IMG/VR virus record: IMGVR_UViG_3300037297_000386
Source: a virus
Taxonomy: Duplodnaviria; Caudoviricetes
Length of the DNA: 64,000 bases
Strand: one strand, 5' to 3'
Of the stretch, positions 44,686 through 54,388 are shown in pieces (position 1 is the stretch's first letter; each line of letters starts with the position of its first letter). A program made the position numbers and the translations under genes. The notes under the pieces were generated by a model. It was not told the origin of the DNA. It worked only from the letters and a program-made list of their open reading frames with translations, and did no database searches.

Positions 44686-46434
44686 TTATGCCATAAATAT
44701 TTTAGCTGAACTCATAGCTGCTCCACTTTCATTGCTTGGATTCAGCTTTTCTCTTTCTACTGCCGTACGTAGTCTGCAATTACCATCCTCTCCAACTACT
44801 ACCTTGTGCATTGGCACACCAAAATGCCCACAACGAGGATATATAGACCCTTGACCAGCTGGAATCATTTTTGAACATGATTTTTGTTCATTATTTTCCA
44901 AATTAGCTTGCTGCATAAGAATATAATGATAATCTGCGACAGCATTTTTAAAATCCTCTTCAGGAAATTTATCTTCTATCTCTCCTAGCACTGCTTCACA
45001 TGTAACATAATCTTTGTCGCTAGCCGCTTTAAGTATCTCATCTTTCAATTCCGGAAGAGTCATATAAGAAAATGCTGTTGAACAAGATATATTTGAACTG
45101 GAAGGCGCTGGCAAACTTATAGCAAAACGTTGTAGCTTATAAGTTGTAAAATCCTCAACTAATCCATCATAAGCGAAATAAGTTGGTAACAACGGTAAAT
45201 ATTTATCACCAGCTACTGCTTGCATTTCAATTGGGACTTCTATTTCAGCTGGTCCTTTAGGAGTATTAATAGTAGCCAAATAAACAACAGAGTCCCCACT
45301 TTCGCTGCCAAATTTTACTTGAGCATTCTTAAATCCTGCCGATATTAACTCTTTGGCAACCATTTCTTTACCTTTGCGAATCGTATCCATACCAAATATA
45401 CTGGCAGCTTCGAGAATATCGTCTTCAAAATCTCTAGCTAGATGTGCAAGTTCTTGCGGCATCTCAACATTTTGCGTTGTGTCAATATTCGGTCTTCCCT
45501 CTTCATATTCGCGATTAACAAAAAGATTTGGTACATTCATGTCTATATCTTTATCAGCATCTTCAAATAACCCTTCAATATTAGTACGCATTTCATCGTC
45601 TGTGGCCGCCATTTTAGTATATCCAGTTAAAATACCAACCACTGTTAATACATCAGAAGCTTTTGGAACACTGAAGTCATTACTTTCTGATTTAGCATCA
45701 ATAAAATATTCCAGATTATTCTGTGTAAGCTCTTTGAGATGTGTATTAGCGACAAAAGTACTAGGAAATAGAACCCTGTTATCTCTAATTTCGGTAGGGA
45801 TAGCAACTGTCACTCTACCCTTCCTTGTATTAAAATGTGCTGCATATACTATAATATTAGGGTCTCCGCCCATTATTTCCACATCATAATCTTTTTGTCC
45901 AAGTGCCTGAAGTTCCGCTGATACAAACCCTATTCCGTCCTGAGCAATCCTTTGATCAAATGCTTTAATTGAATCAATACTTCCACCAAATACTGATGTT
46001 AAAGCATTTACAAGATTTGGATTAGTCATATCATCTGTCGTTATATGTGAATCCTCGGCATCAATACGATTCATTCTAGTATAATCCTGGTTCCTTGACG
46101 AAAAATCGGCCTTCTTATTCAAAAGAAGATGACCCAAGATGTCTCTAAATTTAGATTCACCGCTCAAACGAACAAAATGATTGTGAATTTCAGATATTTG
46201 AGATTGATTTATAATTTCACCTGGAGGAGCCTTCTCTGCCATTTTTTCAATAGTAGATGCAACCTGCCTAATAACAGGATCCTCTGGATAACGTTCATAT
46301 GCAGCACGAGTAACATTATAAACGTCCTCAAGCATAAACTCTTGCCCATTTGTTGTAGCATCGAGCGCTGCTTTAGCGATTCGGGCTAATTCGCCAATGT
46401 TTAAACTGCCAGTCATGTTTGTGTTCTCCTCCAA
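44686..46434 (-). CDS. Hypothetical structural-region protein with internal domain duplication
   Basis: GGAGG RBS; ELQALG..VYAAHFNTRKGRVTVAIPTEI vs ELISAG..VYLATINTPKGPAEIEVPIEM. Confidence 0.6.
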   Translation of the reverse strand: MEENTNMTGSLNIGELARIAKAALDATTNGQEFMLEDVYNVTRAAYERYPEDPVIRQVASTIEKMAEKAPPGEIINQSQISEIHNHFVRLSGESKFRDILGHLLLNKKADFSSRNQDYTRMNRIDAEDSHITTDDMTNPNLVNALTSVFGGSIDSIKAFDQRIAQDGIGFVSAELQALGQKDYDVEIMGGDPNIIVYAAHFNTRKGRVTVAIPTEIRDNRVLFPSTFVANTHLKELTQNNLEYFIDAKSESNDFSVPKASDVLTVVGILTGYTKMAATDDEMRTNIEGLFEDADKDIDMNVPNLFVNREYEEGRPNIDTTQNVEMPQELAHLARDFEDDILEAASIFGMDTIRKGKEMVAKELISAGFKNAQVKFGSESGDSVVYLATINTPKGPAEIEVPIEMQAVAGDKYLPLLPTYFAYDGLVEDFTTYKLQRFAISLPAPSSSNISCSTAFSYMTLPELKDEILKAASDKDYVTCEAVLGEIEDKFPEEDFKNAVADYHYILMQQANLENNEQKSCSKMIPAGQGSIYPRCGHFGVPMHKVVVGEDGNCRLRTAVEREKLNPSNESGAAMSSAKIFMA

Positions 46435-46437
46435 AAA

Positions 46438-47211
46438 TTATGCTTCCAAAAACTCTGCATTAAGTTTGTTTAATATATCTACTATTTGTTCTCTATCAAA
46501 ATCTCCAACTTTTCGAATCGCATAAGCTGCCATTTGAACAGCTTCTGCAATGTCGTCTTCTCGATCAACGGATTCTTGCCCTAATGGTTCTTCTTCAAAT
46601 CCTTTACTCAAATCTTCTTCATAATCTCGTCTTTCTTGCCAGTAAGGATCATTTTGTCGTTCCCATTCTGTTGGTGGCTCAGCAGCCAACGATCGTAATT
46701 CAGGAAATCTCGAAACTAAAGAATTTAATTTATCTTTTGGCTGTGAATTTAAAAATTTAGATGTAAAATTTTTATCTGATGCCAATTTATTAATTAGACT
46801 TTTTTGGAAAATATGTATATCTTTATTTGTGAACCCATATTCGGATGAAGAAAATCGTTGAATAGGATAATTTTTATACACAAGAGTGATATTTCGGCCA
46901 CCGCGATCTGATAATGCTTTCCAATGGCTTTTAACTTCTAGCGCTTGAGACTCAACGTCATCATATTGAGCAACCAGATATTGGTCTCCATCATCACTCT
47001 CTTCCAAAATCCATAATGATTCTACGGGAGAAGAGTTCAATTGAAACACATCAAATGCAATTTTTGTGAATAGATGTTTGTTTGATTCATACGGTATTTT
47101 ACTATTATTAGGTGTCACATCCTTGGCTAATTTAGTCCAATCTAAAGTTTCCATTACACAGCTCCTACGAAAATTTTCAAATATAGGGACTGGATAAACC
47201 ACTCCCGACAC
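46438..47211 (-). CDS. Hypothetical protein, first gene of head module
   Basis: Likely start 47154 (METLDW, after AGGAG). Confidence 0.6.
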   Translation of the reverse strand: MSGVVYPVPIFENFRRSCVMETLDWTKLAKDVTPNNSKIPYESNKHLFTKIAFDVFQLNSSPVESLWILEESDDGDQYLVAQYDDVESQALEVKSHWKALSDRGGRNITLVYKNYPIQRFSSSEYGFTNKDIHIFQKSLINKLASDKNFTSKFLNSQPKDKLNSLVSRFPELRSLAAEPPTEWERQNDPYWQERRDYEEDLSKGFEEEPLGQESVDREDDIAEAVQMAAYAIRKVGDFDREQIVDILNKLNAEFLEA

Positions 47212-47222
47212 TATTAGAATAG

Positions 47223-47234
47223 AATATTGATAGA
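47223..47234 (-). promoter_or_regulatory. Putative late-promoter motif TCTATCAATATT at the start of the head module
   Basis: Variant of TCTAYYAATATT, between the infC terminator and first head-module gene. Confidence 0.5.
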
Positions 47235-47349
47235 AAGCGTGGATTTATAGTAAGATGGGAGATTTTTATATTAAAATAAAAAAATCGACGGGATTTTTTG
47301 CATCCGGAGCGAAAAAATTCGGATGGGATAAATGATTATTTTAAAACGC

Positions 47350-47381
47350 AAAAAAGCCGGATAACCAAAAGATTATCCGGC
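47350..47381 (-). terminator. Rho-independent terminator closing the replication module
   Basis: GCCGGAUAAUC-UUUU-GGUUAUCCGGC followed by UUUUUU, ~25 nt after infC stop. Confidence 0.85.
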
Positions 47382-47405
47382 ACTTAATTAAATCTTTATA
47401 TTTGT

Positions 47406-47882
47406 CTATTTTTTGGTAGGAATCAAGAATGCAGTTAAATTTCGTCCATCGAATTCAGACATTTTATCTACCACTGCTAGATCAGAATTAAGCAATGAAT
47501 TAATTATAAAATTCATTTTTTCTAAACCAATATCTTTTAATACTATTTGCCTTGCTCTAAATTGCATAGTTATCTTGGTTTTTAAACCTTTTCCAAGAAA
47601 TTCTTTAATATGTTTTAATTTTATATCCAAATCGTGTTTGTCTATCGAAGGACCAATTTTAACTTCTTTAACTTTATGGGTTCTTCTATGTGATCTTTGT
47701 TTCTTTTGGCGTTTCCTCTGTTCATATTTTAATTTGCCGGCATCGACCATCCTATATACATTTTTGGCCACCATTATAATGCTTTTATTAAATTCTTTAG
47801 CCTTTTGTTCTGCAATCTCGATAGACATATTACCAACTTTTCTACCATCTTCTCCAATAAGTATGACATTCATATTGTTCAA
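47406..47882 (-). CDS. infC: Translation initiation factor IF-3
   Basis: KLKYEQRK; VKEVKIGPSIDKHDLDIKLKHIKEFLGKG..KITMQFRARQ. Confidence 0.9.
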   Translation of the reverse strand: MNNMNVILIGEDGRKVGNMSIEIAEQKAKEFNKSIIMVAKNVYRMVDAGKLKYEQRKRQKKQRSHRRTHKVKEVKIGPSIDKHDLDIKLKHIKEFLGKGLKTKITMQFRARQIVLKDIGLEKMNFIINSLLNSDLAVVDKMSEFDGRNLTAFLIPTKK

Positions 47883-47908
47883 CTTTCTTTTTTAAAGACC
47901 CAATAAAC

Positions 47909-48367
47909 TTAATATTCACAAGTCAAGCACTCTTCTCGCATTTTTTTTAATATTTCTATTATTTTCTTATTATTAGCGCACAACTTTCTTATCTTCTTTA
48001 AAGCCCCTCCGTATCGCTTTTTTTGATTATTATAGTCTATATTACCCTGAAGTATTTTATGTATAGTAGTCTGATGTTTTCCAAGTTCACTCGATATCTC
48101 GTTTTGAGTCTTACCTTCTAAATACGTCATTTTCATTACTTCTTTTTGTTTATCAGTAAGACAGTTTTCTACCACATACATTACCTCACTAAGTAATTCA
48201 TTTCTAAGTTTTTGAAATTCTTCAGAACATGATTGAGTAGATAAAAAAGCACTCATTCCTTCTTCATTAGAAAAATTATTAAGCAAATTAGGATCAATAC
48301 TTATTTCTACATAGTTATTAGAAATATCTGGGTCCCCCGAACTACTACAGGTAAAATTTTTTGGCAT
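47909..48367 (-). CDS. Sigma-70 region-4-like HTH protein
   Basis: LTDKQKEVMKMTYLEGKTQNEISSELGKHQTTIHKI. Confidence 0.75.
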   Translation of the reverse strand: MPKNFTCSSSGDPDISNNYVEISIDPNLLNNFSNEEGMSAFLSTQSCSEEFQKLRNELLSEVMYVVENCLTDKQKEVMKMTYLEGKTQNEISSELGKHQTTIHKILQGNIDYNNQKKRYGGALKKIRKLCANNKKIIEILKKMREECLTCEY

Positions 48368-48381
48368 TCATTCCTCCTAAT

Positions 48382-49149
48382 TTACCATAATGTTTTTATT
48401 TCCACATTATCAAAATTTGTCCTTTCTCCAGTAAATAATTTTATATCGCCGCCCTTACGCAAATATTCATCCAAATCCTTATACCCACGCGGAGTAAACT
48501 CATACGTTAGATTGATATGCTCAGTGCGACCAAATCTATTCATAACTTTACTAGCACTAGTCTTACCAGCTTCGTCATTATCAAAAAGTAAACATATATT
48601 ATTAGTATATCTAGACAAAATAATTAATTGTCTTTCTGAAAATATTGTTCCACAAGTTGCAACAACATTATAAATGCCTTTTTGATGGGCCATTATTTTA
48701 TCAAAATAACCTTCTACAACAAATACTTTATTTGTTTCACGAATTGATTCTATTGAATGATCTAATCCAAACAAATAAGATGTTTTTTTATAAGAACTAT
48801 TTCTATATTTTGGTACTCCTAGACGCTTACGTTTTTTATTACTCAAAAGTGTTCTTGCACCAATAGCAACTGGAACACCACTAGTATTGCATATTGGAAT
48901 TACAATAGGATATATTTTAAATTGGCTATGATCAGCGTTCCATATTATATTTTGTTCCCTAAGTTTTTTTGGATCAAGATTATGATATTTATAGAGTTTA
49001 CGTAAATCTTCCGGAAAAGCACCTAATTTATAAGTACTAATTATTCTGTCAGTTACACCCCTGCGTACCTTCAAGTAGTACATTAAATTTTCACTATTTA
49101 ATAATAACTTATGGCAAACATTAGTTAATTCGACAAAAAACTGGTTCAT
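48382..49149 (-). CDS. dnaG: DNA primase (DnaG-type catalytic/TOPRIM core, no zinc-binding domain)
   Basis: IVIPICN..G..AIGAR..PKYRNS; VFVVEGYFD; FDNDEAG. Confidence 0.85.
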   Translation of the reverse strand: MNQFFVELTNVCHKLLLNSENLMYYLKVRRGVTDRIISTYKLGAFPEDLRKLYKYHNLDPKKLREQNIIWNADHSQFKIYPIVIPICNTSGVPVAIGARTLLSNKKRKRLGVPKYRNSSYKKTSYLFGLDHSIESIRETNKVFVVEGYFDKIMAHQKGIYNVVATCGTIFSERQLIILSRYTNNICLLFDNDEAGKTSASKVMNRFGRTEHINLTYEFTPRGYKDLDEYLRKGGDIKLFTGERTNFDNVEIKTLW

Positions 49150-49529
49150 TTTTTATTCTTTTTTCTAGACTTTTTCTTTGTTGCGCCATTGTTTAACCCG
49201 GTATCTATCTTTTTTAATTCTCCGGCCTCTTCTATTGCCAACTTGAATGACGCATGTATTTTTATCGGATTGTAGCAAATCTTACATATAGTCTGGTTAT
49301 TTTGGTCCAAAACTATTTCACGATTAGTTCTACAATTTGGGCAGGCAAACGTAAAAGCCCGTCTCTCTGATCTAACAACTTGCCCAAAACTTTTCAAAGT
49401 ACGTTTCATGGGTTCAGATATATTACTAATAGGTTTGCCACATTCTTGGCAAATTACTTCCATAGTCTCGGTATCTAAAAGAGCATTAGATGTTTTAGAA
49501 CACTTTTTATTATTACACATTATTAACAT
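49146..49529 (-). CDS. Multi-zinc-ribbon protein
   Basis: CNNKKC, CQEC, CPNC, CKIC; GGAG RBS; ATGA overlap with primase. Confidence 0.65.
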   Translation of the reverse strand: MLIMCNNKKCSKTSNALLDTETMEVICQECGKPISNISEPMKRTLKSFGQVVRSERRAFTFACPNCRTNREIVLDQNNQTICKICYNPIKIHASFKLAIEEAGELKKIDTGLNNGATKKKSRKKNKK

Positions 49530-49574
49530 ATATTTCTCCTTGATTATCTTATCAAAATACTAATTTTTACATTA

Positions 49575-50690
49575 TCACTCATCAATATCTTCATCATTTA
49601 GTAATAATGGCTTAACACAATTTCTTTTAGCTTCCTTAGCACGTTCTAATACATAATGTTGTAATTCTTCATTATTAAGTAACATATTAGCCATGGCTTC
49701 TTTTCCATTGTATTTTATACCATCTAATTCCCATATCTTATTATTTGGACGTTGAATTATTCCATAACGAGCTCCTATATCACGCACCTCTATGTGTTTA
49801 TCCACTACACCTTCGGTATATTTAATTCCAAATTCTGCAGTTCTAAACGGTGGGGCCTTTTTATTTTTCTGTATTTTGGCTCGTATATGATGACCAACTT
49901 GATCACCATCTTCTTCAATTCTAGACTCTTTACCAGTAATAATACCGAAATTAATCATTTGAGCACAGGCATGTTTTAATGCTTGGCCACCAGGAGAATT
50001 AGTAGGATCACCATACATAACCTCTGGTTGGAATCTAAGTTGATTGATTGCAATAAAAAGAACACCAGTAGATGTTAAGAGAGGAGTAAGTTTCCTTAAT
50101 TCTGGCGGCAAAAATCTTGCCATCAATGCTATATTCGCTTTACCAGGTTTGCTTGCTTCTTCCATTGGAGTACTCATGGCTGCCACACTATCTAACACTA
50201 TAACACCTAGACCGGTACCACCTGTTTCTAGCTCTATGTCTAAAATTCCTGGTTTTACTTTTTTGACTTCGCCGGTTCGTTTGTTTGGTTTTCCAGGAAC
50301 ACCTACTAACCTAGAAAATATCTCAGCGCCCTTGTTTTCTCTATAAACCATGAGACGTGATGTATCAACGCCCAAATATTCAGCCCAGTCTTGTTGGTAT
50401 GTAAATTCCGCGTCAATAAACATAGCCCAATTTGTCGAATCTAATTTTTGCCACTCAGCTATTGTAGACAGAGACATTAATGTTTTACCAGATTGTTCAA
50501 ATCCAGCAAATTGAACGATATGTCCTTTTGGTAACCCCCAAATACCTAATGCGTCATCAAGCGCGTAACTTCCAGTAGATATGACATCTGAATAAGTGGT
50601 CATATCACTATTTCCAGAATAAATACCTTCGTTACCATGCTGTTTTTCCATTTCTTTCCAAGTATCTGCCATCGTTTTACGTCTACTCAT
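49575..50690 (-). CDS. recA: RecA/UvsX-family recombinase
   Basis: ISTGSYALDDALGIWGLPKG, GFEQSGKT Walker A, FIDAE, VIVLDSVAA, INQLR, PGGQALK. Confidence 0.92.
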   Translation of the reverse strand: MSRRKTMADTWKEMEKQHGNEGIYSGNSDMTTYSDVISTGSYALDDALGIWGLPKGHIVQFAGFEQSGKTLMSLSTIAEWQKLDSTNWAMFIDAEFTYQQDWAEYLGVDTSRLMVYRENKGAEIFSRLVGVPGKPNKRTGEVKKVKPGILDIELETGGTGLGVIVLDSVAAMSTPMEEASKPGKANIALMARFLPPELRKLTPLLTSTGVLFIAINQLRFQPEVMYGDPTNSPGGQALKHACAQMINFGIITGKESRIEEDGDQVGHHIRAKIQKNKKAPPFRTAEFGIKYTEGVVDKHIEVRDIGARYGIIQRPNNKIWELDGIKYNGKEAMANMLLNNEELQHYVLERAKEAKRNCVKPLLLNDEDIDE

Positions 50691-50707
50691 AATTACTCCC
50701 AGACATA

Positions 50708-51724
50708 TTATTCATGCATTACATTCTTTAATTTATTTAATAATTCTTTTTCTTCATTTGATGTCTGCTTTGGTATACATATTTTTACGACAACCAAGTG
50801 ATTTCCTTTATTGGACTTTTGTATTATACCTTTACCAGATATCTTTAATATGTCATTTGGTTGAGTACCTTGTGGTATAGTTAATTTGATTTTGCCATGA
50901 ACCGTATCAACTTGAACCTTAGTACCCAATATAGCATCAATATAGTTAATATATTCTTCAGATATAATATTCAGGCCATTCCTTTTATACCTATCATGAG
51001 GTTTTATAGCAACTGATAAATACAAATTGCCAGGTTCCGTACCATGTGAACTAGGCATACCCTTTCCTAATATACGCATAGTAGTTCCATTATCTATACC
51101 AGCGGGTATATTAATTTTAATATTTTCATTATTTGTGACTGTACCTTTACCGAAGCAAATCGTACATTTTTCTTTTATATTATTTCCAGTTCCATTACAT
51201 TTGTGGCATGTTTGTAAAATATGCATAAAGCCTTGGTTATACCCTATTTTACCAACGCCAGCACAATCATCACATTTATCTACACTATTGCCATCCTTTG
51301 ACCCATTTCCATTACATGCTGAACATTTATGTGGATATTGTATAGATATCTTTTTAGTACATCCTTTTACTGATTCCATAAAATCTATATATATTGTATG
51401 ACGTAAATCATCTCCACGTGTACTTTGTCGTTGATTGAGAAAGTCGTCAAATCCTATGCTAAATACAGAATTTCTTATATGTTCGAATGGATCTATTCCA
51501 TTAAATTTATCATAATCGCTACCATACCTATCGTATTGTTGTCGTTTCTGTGGATCGCTTAAGATTTCATAAGCTGCAGATAGATCCTTAAATTTATTTT
51601 CGGCCTCAGGATCACTTGAATTTCTATCTGGGTGGTATTGCAAAGCAAGTTTTCTATATACTTTTTTGATTTCCTCTTGAGTGGCATCATTTTTAACGCC
51701 GAGCACTTCATAAGGGTTCTTCAT
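50708..51724 (-). CDS. dnaJ: DnaJ chaperone (J domain with HPD, CxxCxGxG repeats, C-terminal domain)
   Basis: [21 protein letters not shown]; four CxxCxGxG motifs; GNLY. Confidence 0.95.
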   Translation of the reverse strand: MKNPYEVLGVKNDATQEEIKKVYRKLALQYHPDRNSSDPEAENKFKDLSAAYEILSDPQKRQQYDRYGSDYDKFNGIDPFEHIRNSVFSIGFDDFLNQRQSTRGDDLRHTIYIDFMESVKGCTKKISIQYPHKCSACNGNGSKDGNSVDKCDDCAGVGKIGYNQGFMHILQTCHKCNGTGNNIKEKCTICFGKGTVTNNENIKINIPAGIDNGTTMRILGKGMPSSHGTEPGNLYLSVAIKPHDRYKRNGLNIISEEYINYIDAILGTKVQVDTVHGKIKLTIPQGTQPNDILKISGKGIIQKSNKGNHLVVVKICIPKQTSNEEKELLNKLKNVMHE

Positions 51725-52242
51725 TTTTTTCTACGCTTTCTCTTCTTGTGCTTAGGTTTTATTTCATTAATATTCAACTTTTCCATTTCGTAACCAGCCA
51801 AACCTAATACAATGGCATCAACTATATCATTGTGCTTCTTAAACTCATACTTTAGTTTAAATTTTTTATTGATAGTATCAAATGCTGCTTCTTTAGTATT
51901 TTTTATACCAACCAGTTTTCTAGCCTGAACAGCCATAATACTAATTGGCATATTGCTAGTTTTTTCATAAATTGACTTAATAGCTACACCACGGAATAAT
52001 GACAGTGTTTTAAATGTTATTATACTTGGACCACGGTAGATATCTTCGATTACTATAGTATCTGGGTTAATATAATTGATAAGATCTTTAATAGAATTTT
52101 CAAATTCTACCAATCTTTCTCCCATATTCGTGTTTGAGTTTATTACAATTAATCCGGATTGCTTCTTGTTAATCTTTCCATTTTTGATAACAGCCCAACC
52201 AATATTTCGTGAAGCTATATCTATTCCTAATATGATAGACAT
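51721..52242 (-). CDS. ruvC: RuvC-like Holliday junction resolvase
   Basis: [25 protein letters not shown] RNase H-fold motifs. Confidence 0.85.
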   Translation of the reverse strand: MSIILGIDIASRNIGWAVIKNGKINKKQSGLIVINSNTNMGERLVEFENSIKDLINYINPDTIVIEDIYRGPSIITFKTLSLFRGVAIKSIYEKTSNMPISIMAVQARKLVGIKNTKEAAFDTINKKFKLKYEFKKHNDIVDAIVLGLAGYEMEKLNINEIKPKHKKRKRRKK

Positions 52243-52285
52243 GGGTGCCTCCTATGTCTATTTATAATATTAATAGAAGGCACCC
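52243..52285 (-). promoter_or_regulatory. RBS-sequestering hairpin before ruvC overlapping a putative late promoter
   Basis: GGGUGCCUUCUAU / AUAGGAGGCACCC 13-bp stem (one G-U), 17-nt loop, ends at the ATG; TCTATTAATATT at 52266-52277. Confidence 0.75.
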
Positions 52286-52300
52286 AATTATCCGATAATA

Positions 52301-52954
52301 TTAATCGTCAAAATCAAAATCATCTTCATCATCAGTTGAAGACTCTACAGATGTGTTTTCAAAATCATTATCAACATCCTCAGTTGATAACCCACCTGAC
52401 AAACCAAGTTTTTCTCGTATTTCATCTGGCGTTGAAGCTTCTGTCATCTTCGAGATATCAACATTAGAAATAAACTCTTTAACCATTTCAATTTCATCGT
52501 TAGCGAGTTTTTCTTTTGGTTCAGGTGATACTATATAAAGTGGCTGTGAACCCTTCGGCTGTCGTTCAATATCGATATCAAAATTACGCGGATTCCCCCA
52601 CTTAGGCTTCTTTTTCAGACCTAAAATTTGCTTAAAAATTTGTGGCCCAATTTCAAGAATTGCACAATGCCCGCTTTTCCTATTTATTACGGGAACATAC
52701 CAACGAGCACTGGCACGTTCTCCAGCCTGGCACAAAGGACACCCATCAAGTGCGCAATGTACTTTACGATTTGCACCAGTAGCATCTTTTGACCAATGAA
52801 TATAAAATTGATATGGGGAACCGACTAAGCGAACCGGATTGGAACCTTCTTCCAAATTCATAAAGTTACTATTGCCTAAATCAGCATCTCCCCAGTCATC
52901 CAATTTTCCTACTACTCTTGTACTCATTTTGATCTCCTTATTGTCCTTGGGCAT
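52301..52954 (-). CDS. Single-stranded DNA-binding protein (phage type)
   Basis: Aromatic-rich OB-like core (YIHW, WYVPV, FDIDIER..Y), acidic tail DDEDDFDFDD; replication context. Confidence 0.7.
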   Translation of the reverse strand: MPKDNKEIKMSTRVVGKLDDWGDADLGNSNFMNLEEGSNPVRLVGSPYQFYIHWSKDATGANRKVHCALDGCPLCQAGERASARWYVPVINRKSGHCAILEIGPQIFKQILGLKKKPKWGNPRNFDIDIERQPKGSQPLYIVSPEPKEKLANDEIEMVKEFISNVDISKMTEASTPDEIREKLGLSGGLSTEDVDNDFENTSVESSTDDEDDFDFDD

Positions 52955-53008
52955 ATTTTAGCTATCGGTTACCATAACCTATCGCATTTGAACCAGCGGA
53001 CATAATCT

Positions 53009-53039
53009 ATTATACATATTTGACAACAAATGTCAAATA
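53009..53039 (-). promoter_or_regulatory. Consensus sigma-70 promoter overlapped by a 9-5-9 inverted repeat
   Basis: TTGACA (53036-53031), 16-nt spacer, TATAAT (53014-53009); TATTTGACA-N5-TGTCAAATA at 53017-53039. Confidence 0.7.
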
Positions 53040-53044
53040 AAAAA

Positions 53045-53578
53045 TTACCACGTGGCATCATTATCATACATATCTTCATCTACTGAACCATTCCATCCTG
53101 AAGCACGTTCATGTGGATAGGCACGATCTAAGATTTTTTTACAAAGATAATGCATCCTTATAAAACTATTATATTTACTGTCGATCCATTTAACGAATGC
53201 CAATACTTCATCATATTTATTACATGATTCTATATAATCATCATCTATTTCGGCCATCGCGGCCCGCAATTTATCTGTTTTAATTTTTTTATCATCTTTA
53301 TATTTTACAAAAGCCATGTTATATGCTATATTTTTCTTAGTTTTCGCTTTTGCAATATGAGCTGCAGCAATAGCTAACATTTCTCCGCAAATATCAGCAC
53401 CACGTAAATATTTAGTAGCCAATGTTTCGGCATTATTTATATCAATATTTCCATCTCTTGGTAGCGCATTTGATAATTCACGGATTTCTAATGTATCTAT
53501 ATCCAATAAATTAAACTCACTTCTTATTAAATCACGTACAGTTAATTTACCCATTTTAAACTCCGATAACCTTTTCAA
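53045..53578 (-). CDS. UvsY-like recombination mediator (putative)
   Basis: Helical coiled-coil pattern next to SSB/RecA; resemblance only. Confidence 0.4.
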   Translation of the reverse strand: MKRLSEFKMGKLTVRDLIRSEFNLLDIDTLEIRELSNALPRDGNIDINNAETLATKYLRGADICGEMLAIAAAHIAKAKTKKNIAYNMAFVKYKDDKKIKTDKLRAAMAEIDDDYIESCNKYDEVLAFVKWIDSKYNSFIRMHYLCKKILDRAYPHERASGWNGSVDEDMYDNDATW

Positions 53579-53834
53579 TTTTACTTAATCTATTATCATT
53601 TATTCTTATATGTTGATTAATCATAACATTCTGTATAAAAAATAATATCACCCAAGGTATGTTTTTAGTAGGATGAATAATTGTTATTATTCCATTTTCA
53701 TCTGTATCAAACAAATCTTGGAAAAAGTCATTACCATTTTGTCCATCGTTAGAATACTCTTTAACTAATTTTTGATAATATTCATATTCTAACTCAGTTA
53801 TATCTACTTTTTGATAAGCAATTCCTTTTATCAT
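53556..53834 (-). CDS. Hypothetical protein
   Basis: 92-aa ORF coupled to neighbours. Confidence 0.55.
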   Translation of the reverse strand: MIKGIAYQKVDITELEYEYYQKLVKEYSNDGQNGNDFFQDLFDTDENGIITIIHPTKNIPWVILFFIQNVMINQHIRINDNRLSKIEKVIGV

Positions 53835-54382
53835 TATTCCGACCTATGAAAAGAATTTTTTCCGCCAGACCTAGATAAAATTATATCTTGTCTGTGTTGT
53901 TGTAACTTTTTATTCATTAGTTCATGGGTATCTCCATCATCTAATAATACACTATCTTCGTCACCAAATCCATATCTATCTTTAACGGCACCAGATAAAG
54001 CTTCATCGCGCATTTTTTTCAATATCTCTTTGGCCTCAGCTAATTGTTTGGTTTTAAATTCATAATCAGTATCCTCACTTTCTTCTTCAACATTAACATC
54101 TTGTCCATAATTTTCTTCATCATTAGGCTGTTCAACAACTTGTGATTCACTATTATTATTAAATAACTGCTTAATTTCAAAATTAGCCATAATTAATGAA
54201 GCAAGTTTATCTATATTCACATCTTTGACTGAGATATAATTATCTAATAATTCTCTTAAACCCAAAAAAGCAGCGAGTTTGGCCTTTTGCATAATACATT
54301 TGCCACAGGCTGGACATTTATTAACACTTATAGCATATATAAATTCTGGCATAATTGTGACATTACAATTTTCACATTTCAT
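53834..54382 (-). CDS. Zinc-ribbon protein
   Basis: MKCENC..KCPACG. Confidence 0.6.
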   Translation of the reverse strand: MKCENCNVTIMPEFIYAISVNKCPACGKCIMQKAKLAAFLGLRELLDNYISVKDVNIDKLASLIMANFEIKQLFNNNSESQVVEQPNDEENYGQDVNVEEESEDTDYEFKTKQLAEAKEILKKMRDEALSGAVKDRYGFGDEDSVLLDDGDTHELMNKKLQQHRQDIILSRSGGKNSFHRSE

Positions 54383-54388
54383 TATTTA

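Noticed and set aside
47235-47345. Structured intergenic stretch as a possible tRNA or ncRNA
   Set aside because: Only short hairpins (CATCCG/CGGATG); no cloverleaf, T-loop or CCA end recognisable.
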